Assembly: GCA_963698205.1 (NCBI GenBank) | Contig: CAVOPZ010000027.1 | Location: forward strand, 1,742 to 65,741 | Origin: an uncultured Ignavibacteriaceae bacterium | GTDB taxonomy: Bacteria; Bacteroidota; Ignavibacteria; Ignavibacteriales; Ignavibacteriaceae | DNA: 64,000 bases | Direction: 5' to 3' | Shown: positions 49,728 to 59,405 of the stretch, one piece after another | How positions within the stretch are numbered: position 1 is the stretch's first letter | Layout of the letters: every line of letters begins with the position of its first letter | Translations under genes and position numbers: made by a program | Notes under the pieces: model-generated | Seen by the model: only the letters and a program-made list of their open reading frames with translations | Told to the model about the DNA's origin: nothing | Database searches by the model: none

Positions 49728-50391
49728 TATTATTTCTGCCGTTCCTGAACTGCTTTCAAGTCCTCTTAACACAAGCATCTTAAAAAGAGCTCAGGATAAG
49801 AAAAAAGTTAAGATTGAAATTCATAATCTTAGAGATTATGCATTCAATAAGCATAAACAGATTGATGATAAACCTTTTGGCGGCGGCGCCGGAATGATCT
49901 TAAAACCGGAACCCTTTTTTGAATGTATTGAAAAATTGCAGAGCAAGAGAAAATTTGATCATATAATTTTTACTACTCCAAAAGGTAAGTTATTTAATCA
50001 GAAATATGCAAACAGACTTTCTCTTGCAAAAAATATTTTGATAATTGCGGGACATTATAAAGAAATTGATGATCGGGTACGCGAGCAATTTGCAACTGAT
50101 GAAATTTCCATTGGAAATTATGTATTGACCGGTGGTGAACTGCCGGCACTTATAATTGCTGATGCTATTATAAGATTAATTCCAGGAGTACTTAACGATA
50201 GCGAAGCTGCACTTGATGATTCTTTTCAAGATGGTGATGTAGTTGAAGCCCCTTATTTCACGAGACCGGCAGAGTATAGGGGACATAAAGTACCTGATGT
50301 TTTACTTTCGGGTAATGACAAAGAAATTAAAAAATGGAAGAAAGAACAATCTAAAATCTTAACTGAAAAGTGGAGAAATTATAATAATTAG
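49711..50391 (+). CDS. trmD: tRNA (guanine37-N1)-methyltransferase
   Basis: [12 protein letters not shown]...[17 protein letters not shown]...[12 protein letters not shown]...[30 protein letters not shown]. Confidence 0.95.
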   Translation: MMMRLDIISAVPELLSSPLNTSILKRAQDKKKVKIEIHNLRDYAFNKHKQIDDKPFGGGAGMILKPEPFFECIEKLQSKRKFDHIIFTTPKGKLFNQKYANRLSLAKNILIIAGHYKEIDDRVREQFATDEISIGNYVLTGGELPALIIADAIIRLIPGVLNDSEAALDDSFQDGDVVEAPYFTRPAEYRGHKVPDVLLSGNDKEIKKWKKEQSKILTEKWRNYNN

Positions 50392-50402
50392 CGGAGTACG
50401 AT

Positions 50403-50747
50403 ATGATTGATATAAATAAAATAGCACCCGATCAGATTAAAACTGATATGCCTGTTTTTAATCCTGGTGATCACATTCGGGTTCAGGTTAGAGTTATTGA
50501 AGGTGATAAAGAAAGATTACAATCTTTCGAAGGAGACGTAATAAGTGTTCGTGGTTCAGGATTAAACAAAACATTTACCGTTAGAAAAATGTCCAGCGGT
50601 GTTGGTGTTGAAAGAATATTTCCTTTTAACTCGCCAAAAATTGCAAAAGTCGAGGTGCTGAAACAGGGTGATGTTAGAAGAGCAAAACTCTATTACCTCA
50701 GAAATCTTTCAGGTAAAGCAGCAAGAATTAAAGGTAAAAAAGTATAA
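50403..50747 (+). CDS. rplS: 50S ribosomal protein L19
   Basis: [33 protein letters not shown]...FTVRK...[11 protein letters not shown]...RRAKLYYLR. Confidence 0.96.
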   Translation: MIDINKIAPDQIKTDMPVFNPGDHIRVQVRVIEGDKERLQSFEGDVISVRGSGLNKTFTVRKMSSGVGVERIFPFNSPKIAKVEVLKQGDVRRAKLYYLRNLSGKAARIKGKKV

Positions 50748-50764
50748 TTTAAAATATTTTTAGA

Positions 50765-50789
50765 GCCGCTAAGATCAGCGGCTTTTTTA
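50765..50789 (+). terminator. Rho-independent terminator after rplS
   Basis: GCCGCT AAGATC AGCGGC followed by T6. Confidence 0.85.
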
Positions 50790-50793
50790 TTTT

Positions 50794-51556
50794 ATGAAAT
50801 CTAAAATCTTACTTCCGCAAAATGTTTTTTCCAAGATATTATTGTCCGAGCTGAATATTAATGAAAATTACACTATTGAATTTCAGCCTTCATCACTTAT
50901 AGCCAATAAGTTATCACAGGACGATAATTCAATCGGACTAATCCCCACTTTGGATTTGGTGACATTTAATGATCTTTATATCTCATCAAAAATTGGCTTA
51001 TCATTTAATGCACTGCTTTCAAATTCATATATTCATTTTAAAGAAGAGCAGAAAACAATAGAACAAATATTTCTAAAAGGCGATGTAACAAGCAATGAAA
51101 TTATTCTTAGTAAAATTCTCTTTAAAGAGATTTTATGATGTTGATGTTACGCCCTCATTAATTAAAGAGGAAGACTCTTACATTGATGGTAATATTGTAA
51201 TTGTTGGCGATGAGAATTATGAAAAAGAGCTTTTCTTGAACGGTTTATCTTTTGCTGAAGAAATTATCGAGTTGATTGATTCACCTTACGTAAATTTTGT
51301 ACTTGCTGCTTCCTCTGAGAATCTAATTAAAGGATTTGCTGATAAACATATGGATAATTTATTAAATGGGCACACGGAAGATTATTCGACTCTGTTAAAA
51401 GGATTTACGCAAACTTCTCTTGATTTTATTTCAGTAAACATTCAGCATATCGTCTTTGATCTTGAAGATCAGGATTTGGAAGCAATAAAAGCACTTTTAC
51501 AGCTTCCATACTTTCATGGAATGATAAAGGATATGATTGAAGTTAAATTTGTTTGA
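50794..51556 (+). pseudogene. MqnA/MqnD-family (futalosine-pathway, PF02621-like) protein. Reading frame broken once.
   Basis: ORFs 50794-51138 and 51095-51556 join at the T4 run 51131-51134 (…ILSKILFKEI/YDVDVTPSL…). Periplasmic-binding-like pattern: IGLIPTLD, TSNEIILSKIL, IVIVGDE, PYVNFVLAAS. Family call is tentative. Confidence 0.5.
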
Positions 51557-51570
51557 TTAAGTAAGATACT

Positions 51571-52722
51571 TTATTTCAACAAAATCATCTTTTTTAATTC
51601 GGAAAATTCTTGCCCTATCTGCAATCTGTAAAAATAAATCCCACTTGAGTAGTTTGTTGAATTAAAATCATAATCGTATTCACCTGCGGATCTATATTCA
51701 TCTACAAGCGTTGCGATCTCATTACCCAATGCATCAAAGACTTTTAAAGTTTGCCATCCAGCTAATGAAGTCTGCCATCTTAACTTTGTATTTGGATTAA
51801 ATGGATTTGGATAATTTTGAAACAATATATAATTCTCTAATACCGGCTCGTTCGGGTTGCCTAAACCGGATGCTGAATCCCACCCTGCAAGTTTTGCCCA
51901 AAGCCACCAGGCGGCATAAGCTTTTAAATTGCCATTTAATGGCTGGCTATGTGCTGCCGAACAATCGTACCAATCCACATTTATTGTGTGTGAATTTTGC
52001 CAATCAATTGCCCAGTTTTTATCTAGACTATCCATTCCCGTCACTGTCATAATCGCAATTATCATTCGCATCTTTATCCAAATAATAATTCCCATCAGGA
52101 TCGTATGATTCTATATCATTAAAATCATACAATATTTTCCCGTTCGCTGTGCAATAATTTCTTATTTGTTCATTCCGTTGATTAAGATTCCCGCTTACTC
52201 CGCTTCCATCCAAATGGCCTGTCATATAAACAAATTTTACATTTGGATAATCATTCTCTAATCCACTCATTAAGTTTAAATAGGTATTGATGTCTTCTTC
52301 AGTCGCACTACTAACTTGTCCACACCAAGACCATATTACAACATTAACATCATTGTTAGCAGGATCGTTTAGGTAGTTTCTCGTTGCAGATTCCCAGGAA
52401 GTTCTATCCGGATTCCCCAGATCGGATGCACCGGGAAATGCATAGTCATCAATATCTAATGCACCGTTTGTTCCCCCTTCATTAAAAGCATATTGAGAAC
52501 CTTTCCAGTTTTCTAAACCGTCCATTCCAGTAATTAACTGGCTTCCGTGGGATGTATGTCCATATGCGATATGAAGTTTTGCCTTTGCTGAATCGATCCA
52601 GTTATCAGGAGTAAGATTTAAAGTTTTGCAATAGTATGATTTGCAATAATTGATTCCTGTGAAAAAATGATGCGTGGGTTTATTAGTACTAGTATAACTA
52701 AAATGTAAAATATATTCTTCAT
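51571..52722 (-). pseudogene. Secreted T9SS cargo protein of unknown function. Reading frame broken twice.
   Basis: Three ORF pieces form one protein. Piece 1 runs from start MKNIFYILV at 52722. Piece 2 is 52525-52028. Piece 3 is 52095-51571. Junctions are …NHTIAK/TLNLTPDNWIDSAKAKLHIAYGHTSHGSQLITGMDGLENW… (T4 on the + strand at 52624-52627, apparent 1-nt loss) and …DYDSDG/MDSLDKNWAIDW… (CCC at 52037-52039, apparent 1-nt gain). CTD NYPNPFNPNTKLRW...GIYFYRLQIG. Confidence 0.7.
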
Positions 52723-52998
52723 TTCTTGCCTGCTTAACTTGTTTTGATGATTAAATAAAAAATCAAACAAAATGCCATATAAACCAAGTTCAATTTCAAT
52801 TTGAAGTAGAATAGCGGATGCGTTTTTGCAGTTAAATTGATTATCAAAACTTGTGGTTTGTGAAATATAATTATTAAGCACGTATTAATTGCAGATGGGT
52901 TAAGTACATTTTGATTGACTTTTAATACGGTAAAAACAAGAAAGTATGATTTCGAAGCTGCTATCAACCGTTTGATGGCTGTGCGTTTTGTTAATGCA

Positions 52999-53132
52999 CA
53001 GAGGCTGTCTTAAAAGTCAGAAACACTAAAGTGTCATTCCCACGAAAGTGGGAATCGACTTTATATTATAGGTTTTTGATTCCCGTTTTCACGGGAATGA
53101 CACACTATTCTTGACGTCTGAGACAACCTCTG
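52999..53132. repeat. Composite palindromic element: two inverted copies of a ~55-65-bp unit, each carrying a GTCATTCCC-hairpin-GGGAATC module
   Basis: Termini CAGAGGCTGTCT (52999-53010) and AGACAACCTCTG (53121-53132) are reverse complements with 1 mismatch. Inner hairpins lie at 53033-53056 and 53078-53101 in opposite orientation, around an AT-rich centre. Confidence 0.7.
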
Positions 53133-53147
53133 CCGAGTAAAATAAAA

Positions 53148-54339
53148 CTAAATCTCCACGTGACTAACACTAATTACATTAGCATTTTCACTTATCTTCT
53201 TAAGCATATCTGCAGTTGCTGCAATTTGTAATTTCATTGTACAGCAGGCAGCTATTCCACCTTCAAAAATTATGTTTTCAATTTCTTCGATGTTAATATT
53301 GCCGCTTCTTATAACATCAAGTACGGCTTGCAAGTACACCGGGTTTATCGTAATGTTTAACAACAAGCTGGTAATGTGCATCTGTTATTTTTGCTCTGTT
53401 AACCCAGTGGTCAATCACTCCGCTGTGAACATAGTGTTTTATAATGTTTATTGTTTCTTCAGCAACGGCATCCTGTGCCTGTTCAGTTGAAGCACCGATA
53501 TGATGAGTTACATAAATATTCGGATTGTTCTGGAGCTTCGATGTAACATCTCCTGATTTTCCTTCAGGTTCACCTTTAAATACATCACAGGCATAACGGA
53601 TGTTCTTTTCTTTAATTGCTTCGAGCAGATCATCTTCAACAATTACATCCTGACGGGATGTGTTAATCAGATAAGCTCCATTCTTCATATAACTGAACAT
53701 CTGTTTATTAAATAATCCTTTAGTTTGCGGTGTAGCGGGAAGGTGAATTGTAACTATATCACACAATGGAAGTAATTGATCCATTTCGCTAAAATCTTTT
53801 ATCTGAACACCTTCAATACGAGTTATATCTTTTCCATAAACATTCATCTCAAAAGCAAGTGCACGTCTTGCAACTTCTTTACCGATGTTTCCAACGCCAA
53901 TTAAACCAAGAGTTTTACCTTTCAGTCCTTTGCCCTTGGAATACTTGTCCTTATTCCAAACTCCTTTGTTAAAATCAGAAACGTTATCCGGGATAAATCT
54001 ATCAAGTGAAATCATCAATCCTATCGCAAGCTCCGCAACTGCAACGGCATTCATACCGGGACAGTTGGTTACGTAAATACCTTTTTTATTTGCAGCCGCA
54101 ATGTTGATATTATTTACTCCTGAGCCGGCTCGAATGATGAGATTAAGCTTTTTACTGTTGTTAATTGTTTCTTCGTTAACGACAGTAGAACGAACAACAA
54201 CTATATCAACCTCTTTTGCTGCTTCCGGAAGATCTTTCTCTCCAAGCTTTGCATTGTATATTACTTCAAGATCAAGGTCTTTCATTTGCTGGATATATTT
54301 ATCCGGAAATTTGTCTGCTACCAATACTGTAAGTTTCAT
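53148..54339 (-). pseudogene. serA: D-3-phosphoglycerate dehydrogenase. Frame break between the catalytic domains and the ACT domain.
   Basis: ORF 54339-53317 carries the 2-hydroxyacid dehydrogenase domains (GLIGVGNIGKEVARRA, HLPATPQT, RGEPEG-like, HHIGAST). ORF 53381-53148 carries an ACT-like tail. The join is …KPGVLA/(A or S)VLDVIRSGNINIEE… within 53320-53335. Confidence 0.8.
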
Positions 54340-54370
54340 ATTAACCTCTTAGTTATTATGTAATTTCAAT

Positions 54371-54447
54371 TGTCATCCTGAGCGAAGACGAAGGATGGCT
54401 CACTATTGATTTAACAAAAGTCACACTTCGACTACGCTCAGTGTGAC
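54371..54447. repeat. Two GC-rich hairpin repeats between serA and the tandem-repeat protein gene
   Basis: CATCCT-GAGCGAAGACGA-AGGATG (within 54371-54397) and GTCACACT-N12-AGTGTGAC (54420-54447, perfect 8-bp stem). Confidence 0.65.
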
Positions 54448-54461
54448 AAATGATTTTTTAA

Positions 54462-54803
54462 TTATGGCTTACCTGGAAAAGACTCTACGAATTTTATTTT
54501 AATATCTGGAAATGATTCAACTATTTTAATTTTTATATCAGGAAAAGATTCGACAATCTGCCACTCACCGCAATCATCGGGAAACGAGTTAACAATTTTT
54601 ACTTTAATATCCGGGAATGATTCAACTATTTGAACAGTTATATCTGGAAATGAATCTACAAATTTAATTTTGCCATTAAGCTGAAAATCTTTGTAAGTAC
54701 AGGATTCAAAATCGATTTGGTTTTTGTCTTGAGCAATCAGAAAAGAGCTAACCGTATGCGTAAAAAGAATAAGTGCAAATATTTTATTCAAATATGTTTT
54801 CAT
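54462..54803 (-). CDS. Small secreted protein built from six 11-residue tandem repeats (V-E-S-F-P-D-I-K-I-K-I)
   Basis: Signal peptide MKTYLNKIFALILFTHTVSSFLIAQ, then VDSFPDITVQI / VESFPDIKVKI / VNSFPDDCGEWQI / VESFPDIKIKI / VESFPDIKIKF / VESFPGKP (coding 54465-54671). Confidence 0.7.
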   Translation of the reverse strand: MKTYLNKIFALILFTHTVSSFLIAQDKNQIDFESCTYKDFQLNGKIKFVDSFPDITVQIVESFPDIKVKIVNSFPDDCGEWQIVESFPDIKIKIVESFPDIKIKFVESFPGKP

Positions 54804-54812
54804 AATTGTAAT

Positions 54813-54963
54813 GTCATTCCCGCGAAAGCGGGAATCTAATTATTTCAAAACAGATTGCATCGCTCTCCCGATACATCGGGATTACTCGCAATGACTTCCT
54901 TTCGATATAAATTGCTTCCCCGATCGAATCGGGGCAGGCTGTCGTAAAACTCCTCGCAATGAC
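54813..54963. repeat. Cluster of REP-like hairpin repeats immediately downstream of hutU
   Basis: GTCATTCCCGCGAAAGCGGGAATC (54813-54836). CCCGATACATCGGG (54867-54880) followed by CTCGCAATGAC (54885-54895). CCCCGATCGAATCGGGG (54918-54934) followed by CTCGCAATGAC (54953-54963). Confidence 0.7.
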
Positions 54964-54965
54964 GT

Positions 54966-56630
54966 CTACTTAAGCATCGGAATTTTAATATTCCACTTCT
55001 TTGCATTCTCAATTGCTTGCTTGTAACCTGCATCAGCGTGGCGCATAATGCCCATACCCGGATCGTAAGTAAGCACTCTTTCCAATCGTTCTTCAGCTTC
55101 TTTTGAACCATCTGCAACTACAACCATTCCTGCGTGGATTGATTTGCCGATACCAACTCCGCCGCCGTGATGAACAGAAACCCAGCTTGCACCACCTATA
55201 GCATTCAGCAAGGCGTTTAGTATTGGCCAGTCCGCAATTGCATCACTGCCGTCAATCATGCCTTCAGTTTCTCTGTTTGGTGATGCAACAGAACCGCAAT
55301 CGAGATGGTCTCTGCCGATCACAATCGGAGCTTTAACTTTTTTATCTGCTACGAGCTTGTTAAAAATCTTTCCCATCTTCGCACGCTCACCGTAACCAAG
55401 CCAGCATATTCTTGCGGGTAATCCCTGGAAGTGAACTTTCTTCTGTGCCATATCAATCCAGTTGAGCAGTTGTTTGTTTTCTGGAAAGGCATCTCGAATT
55501 GCTTGATCAGTTACATAAATATCGTTTGGATCACCACTTAAAGCTACCCATCTGAATGGACCTTTGCCATCACAGAAAAGCGGACGAATGAACTCAGGCA
55601 CAAATCCCGGAATATCAAAAGCATTTGCTAATCCGTTTTCCTTTGCTTCACCACGAATATTATTTCCGTAATCAAAAACAATTGAACCAAGTTTTTGAAA
55701 CTCTATCATTGCATTAACATGTTTTACAACTGTTTTGCGAGATAAGGAGATATATTTTTCAGGATTAGACTTTCTCAATTCGAGCGCTTCTTCAAAACTC
55801 ACACTCATTGGAACGTATCCGTTTAACATATCGTGAGCAGAAGTTTGATCGGTGACAATATCAGGAATAATTCCACGCTTTAATATTTCGTGATGAACTT
55901 CACCAGCATTTCCAATTAGTCCAACTGAAATTGCTTCACCTTTAGCTTTTGCATCTAAAACAATTTTTAATGCTTCATCAAGATTATTTGTAATAACATC
56001 GGTGTAACCGGTATCAATTCTTTTTTGGATTCTTGAACGATCAACATCAACACCAAGGAAAGAAGCACCATTAAAAGTAGCTGCAAGCGGTTGAGCTCCG
56101 CCCATTCCGCCTAATCCTGCAGTTAAAACAAATCTGCCCTTCAAAGATCCACCAAAATATTTTCTTGCTGCTTCAGCAAATGTTTCATAAGTTCCTTGTA
56201 AAATTCCTTGAGTTCCAATGTATATCCAACTTCCAGCGGTCATTTGTCCATACATTGTTAAACCGAGCTGCTCAAGTCTTCTGAATTCATCCCAGGTTGC
56301 CCAATCAGGAACAAGCATTGCATTCGATATTATAACTCGTGGTGCATTTGTATGTGTTTTAAATATCCCAACAGGTTTACCGGATTGAACTAACAGTGTT
56401 TCATCATTTTCTAAATTCTTTAATGATTTAATAATTGCTTCATATGCTTCCCAGTTACGTGCAGCTTTTCCGCTTCCGCCGTACACAATCAGTTCTGAAG
56501 GGTTTTCTGCAACATCGGGATGAAGATTATTCATCAGCATGCGCATTGCAGCTTCTTGTATCCAGCCTTTACAAGTTATTTCTGTTCCAATCGGAGCGAT
56601 AATTTTTTTGATTTGTGTGGTCATTATCAA
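54966..56630 (-). CDS. hutU: Urocanate hydratase
   Basis: 554 aa. [17 protein letters not shown]-binding segment, [37 protein letters not shown]. Full-length urocanase pattern. Confidence 0.93.
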   Translation of the reverse strand: MIMTTQIKKIIAPIGTEITCKGWIQEAAMRMLMNNLHPDVAENPSELIVYGGSGKAARNWEAYEAIIKSLKNLENDETLLVQSGKPVGIFKTHTNAPRVIISNAMLVPDWATWDEFRRLEQLGLTMYGQMTAGSWIYIGTQGILQGTYETFAEAARKYFGGSLKGRFVLTAGLGGMGGAQPLAATFNGASFLGVDVDRSRIQKRIDTGYTDVITNNLDEALKIVLDAKAKGEAISVGLIGNAGEVHHEILKRGIIPDIVTDQTSAHDMLNGYVPMSVSFEEALELRKSNPEKYISLSRKTVVKHVNAMIEFQKLGSIVFDYGNNIRGEAKENGLANAFDIPGFVPEFIRPLFCDGKGPFRWVALSGDPNDIYVTDQAIRDAFPENKQLLNWIDMAQKKVHFQGLPARICWLGYGERAKMGKIFNKLVADKKVKAPIVIGRDHLDCGSVASPNRETEGMIDGSDAIADWPILNALLNAIGGASWVSVHHGGGVGIGKSIHAGMVVVADGSKEAEERLERVLTYDPGMGIMRHADAGYKQAIENAKKWNIKIPMLK

Positions 56631-56962
56631 TCCTTAAAATGCTTTTCTATTAAATTATCATATTGTTTATAAATTGATTTGTATAGCCACTTTTTTAAAA
56701 ACCAGCTTTTCTTCATCTCTTTTTTCATAAACTCGGAGTTTTGTTTTAGCTGATGTGTTAATCTTGTTTTTTCATCCTTAGTAAATTTTACAACGTCATT
56801 ACCCTGGTTTAACTTTTCTATGATTGAATTAAATGCTTTTTCTTCTGCAAAAAACTTGCTATCGCCTGACATCTGTTTAAGCGCCTGCTTCGAAAAGTTT
56901 GTCAACAATTTTTTTTCATTCTTGTCAAATTCAAAATTATAGTTAGCGAATAGTTTTTTCAT
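56627..56962 (-). CDS. Small Lys-rich helical protein of unknown function, translationally coupled to both neighbours
   Basis: 111 aa, no TM segment, no recognised motif. Its start overlaps the add stop by 20 nt. Its stop overlaps the hutU start by 4 nt. Confidence 0.5.
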   Translation of the reverse strand: MKKLFANYNFEFDKNEKKLLTNFSKQALKQMSGDSKFFAEEKAFNSIIEKLNQGNDVVKFTKDEKTRLTHQLKQNSEFMKKEMKKSWFLKKWLYKSIYKQYDNLIEKHFKD

Positions 56963-58061
56963 TGGCTCCTTTTACATTGTTAAATGATAATATTTTTTCT
57001 CTGATTTTTTGATAGCCCGGTTTAATCACATTATAAATGTAATGCAGTCTTTCTTTGTAAGGGATAAAAGCTGATTTCATCGAGTTGATGGTTATCTTTT
57101 CAAAATCCTCAAAGTTTAGATTGAAATGCTCTATTGCAGTCAGAAACTCTTTTGTCATTGTAGTATCACTCATCAACCTATCATCTGTATTAAGTGTTAC
57201 ACGAAATTTTTCCTTGTACAAAATACCGAATGGATGATTTTCAATTTTATCTATTGCACCTGTATGAACATTTGAAAGAAGACATATTTCGAGTGGAATC
57301 CGTTTATCCAGAACATATTGGGCAAGCTCACCAAAACTGATTACTTTGTCATCCGAATCCAGAACAATATCCTCCAGCAATCTCGTCGCATGGCCTATTC
57401 TATGAGCGCCGCACCATTGGATTGCCTGCCAGATTGAATCTTTACCGAAAGCTTCACCTGCATGAATTGTAATATTAAAATTAGCACGCTGTATGTGATG
57501 AAAAGCTTCGATATGTTTTTTAGGTGGATAGCCGCCTTCTTCTCCGGCAAGATCAAAACCAACCACGCCATCCTTTCGGAAATTAACAGCAAGTTCTGCA
57601 ATATCAAGGGTATCTTTCATATTACGCATGCCGCATAATATCAAACCATAACCAACATTAAAATCTTTTTTACCTCTTTCTAATCCGTTAAGAACAGCCT
57701 TAACAGAGTCTTCGTAGTATAAACCTTTTATCCTATGGTAAACAGGTGCAAATCTTGATTCAACATAAACTACTCCATCATTATACATATCTTCAATCAT
57801 TTCATAGGCTACTCTTTCAAGTCCTTCCTTTGTCTGCATAACTGCAGTAGTGTGTTCAAATCCCTGTAAATACTCAACCAAATTTCCTTTGTTCGCACCG
57901 CGATGAAACCATTCACCCAGTTCAATGGCATCTTTCGTTGGAAGCTTATTGTATTTTAGTTCGTTGGCAAGCTCGATAATTGTTTGGGGTCTAAGTCCGC
58001 CATCAAGATGATCGTGAAGCAGTACTTTGGGTATGGTTTTGACGATTTGTTCAGTATTCAC
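56943..58061 (-). CDS. add: Adenosine deaminase
   Basis: LLHDHLDGGLRP (HxHxDG), ITIHAGE, IGHATRL, LNTDDRLMS. Canonical amidohydrolase-superfamily ADA motifs. Confidence 0.9.
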   Translation of the reverse strand: MNTEQIVKTIPKVLLHDHLDGGLRPQTIIELANELKYNKLPTKDAIELGEWFHRGANKGNLVEYLQGFEHTTAVMQTKEGLERVAYEMIEDMYNDGVVYVESRFAPVYHRIKGLYYEDSVKAVLNGLERGKKDFNVGYGLILCGMRNMKDTLDIAELAVNFRKDGVVGFDLAGEEGGYPPKKHIEAFHHIQRANFNITIHAGEAFGKDSIWQAIQWCGAHRIGHATRLLEDIVLDSDDKVISFGELAQYVLDKRIPLEICLLSNVHTGAIDKIENHPFGILYKEKFRVTLNTDDRLMSDTTMTKEFLTAIEHFNLNFEDFEKITINSMKSAFIPYKERLHYIYNVIKPGYQKIREKILSFNNVKGANEKTIR

Positions 58062-58240
58062 AACAATCCTCTTTTTTTAATACTAAAAAATATCCTTTTA
58101 AGCAGGTAAAATCAATTTAAATTGCCTATTAACATTAAAGAAATGGATATATATTTTAAAAAAATGTTTGTATCTTTGAATCATAAAATTACCATTCTAA
58201 GAAATAGGGAATTAAGTTTTTACTTTAAACCGGAGAAAAA

Positions 58241-59399
58241 ATGAAACAGTCAAAATTGTTCGTTATTGCATTTTTAATGCTAAGCATGATATTCGTCGGA
58301 TATCAATGCGGCTCAACTGAAATAACAAGTGCTAAATTATATATCCAACAGAAAAATTGGGTCAAAGCTATTGATGTATTACAAAAGGATATATCCAAGA
58401 ATCCCAAGAGCGATGAAGGCTATTATCTTTTAGGATATGTTTATGGAGAGCAGGGAAATTTTGAGGGTTTGGTTGAGAATTATGATAAGTCTTTAGCAAT
58501 AAGCCAAAGCTTTTCAAAAAATATTAGCGATTCAAGAAAATACTTTTGGGCTCAGGCTTTTAATCGTGGTGTAAGTTTGTATCAAAAAGGGGTCAAATCA
58601 ACTGATAAAGATAGTGCAGAAGTGTACTATGACAAATCAATTGCTGATTTTAAATCAGCTTTTAAAAATTGAACCGGATTCCGGCGATACTTATAAAAAC
58701 CTTGCTTTTGTATATTTAAGTAAAGGTGATAATATTGCAGCAGTTGAACCGTTACAGCAACTTATAAAACGTGAAAAGGCTCTGGATGGTTATAAATTTT
58801 TAGGAGAGATTTATTACGTTAATGGCACTAATCTTAATACTGCTGGCAAAACCGAAGAAGCTAAGGTTGAGTTTAACAAAAGCATAGATGTTTTAGAAGA
58901 AGGATTGAAGAACTATCCCGATAACCCAGAAATGTTAATCACTTTATCTACTGCTTATATTGGTGCCAACAGAGGAAATGAAGCTATTGATAAATATAAA
59001 AAACTTGCTGAAGCTAAACCTGATGATGAAAATGTTAGATATAATTATGGTGTTCTTCTATTAGGAGCCGAAGATTTTGCTAATGCAGAAATTCAGTTTA
59101 AAAAAGCAATTGAAATAAAATCTCAACGTGAAAATAAAGATTATGACAATGCAATTTATAATCTTGGTGTCACCTATCTTAAATGGGGTACCTATTTAAA
59201 TAAAAAAGCAGATGAAGAAGGAAAAGTTTCTGATGAGTATAAATCAAAATATCAAGCAGCTTTACCTTATTTAGAAAAAGCTGTTCAAATGAAAGATGCA
59301 AATGCACAAACATGGGAACTTTTAGGAAGAGTTTATTCTGTGCTTGGTATGACTGAGGATGCAGCTAATGCTTTCAAAAAAGCGGATGAAATGAGATAA
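58241..59399 (+). pseudogene. TPR-repeat (lipo)protein. Reading frame broken once.
   Basis: ORFs 58241-58672 and 58614-59399 join at the T4 run 58660-58663 (…SIADFKSA/LKIEPDSGDTYKNLAFVYL…). Multiple TPR units (YYLLGYVYGEQGNF, YNLGVTYLKWG, WELLGRVYSVLGM). Confidence 0.75.
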
Positions 59400-59405
59400 A
59401 AGTTT

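Noticed and set aside
52999-54963. Hairpin repeats as a degenerate CRISPR array
   Set aside because: The repeats belong to several unrelated sequence families, occur in both orientations, are irregularly spaced and are separated by genes. No cas genes are present.
54845-55117. 90-aa ORF overlapping the end of hutU and the repeat cluster
   Set aside because: Half of it is the translation of REP-like hairpin repeats (…RHCEEFYDSLPRFDRGSNL…). The other half lies within the hutU coding region on the same strand but in a different frame. This is typical of repeat-derived phantom ORFs.
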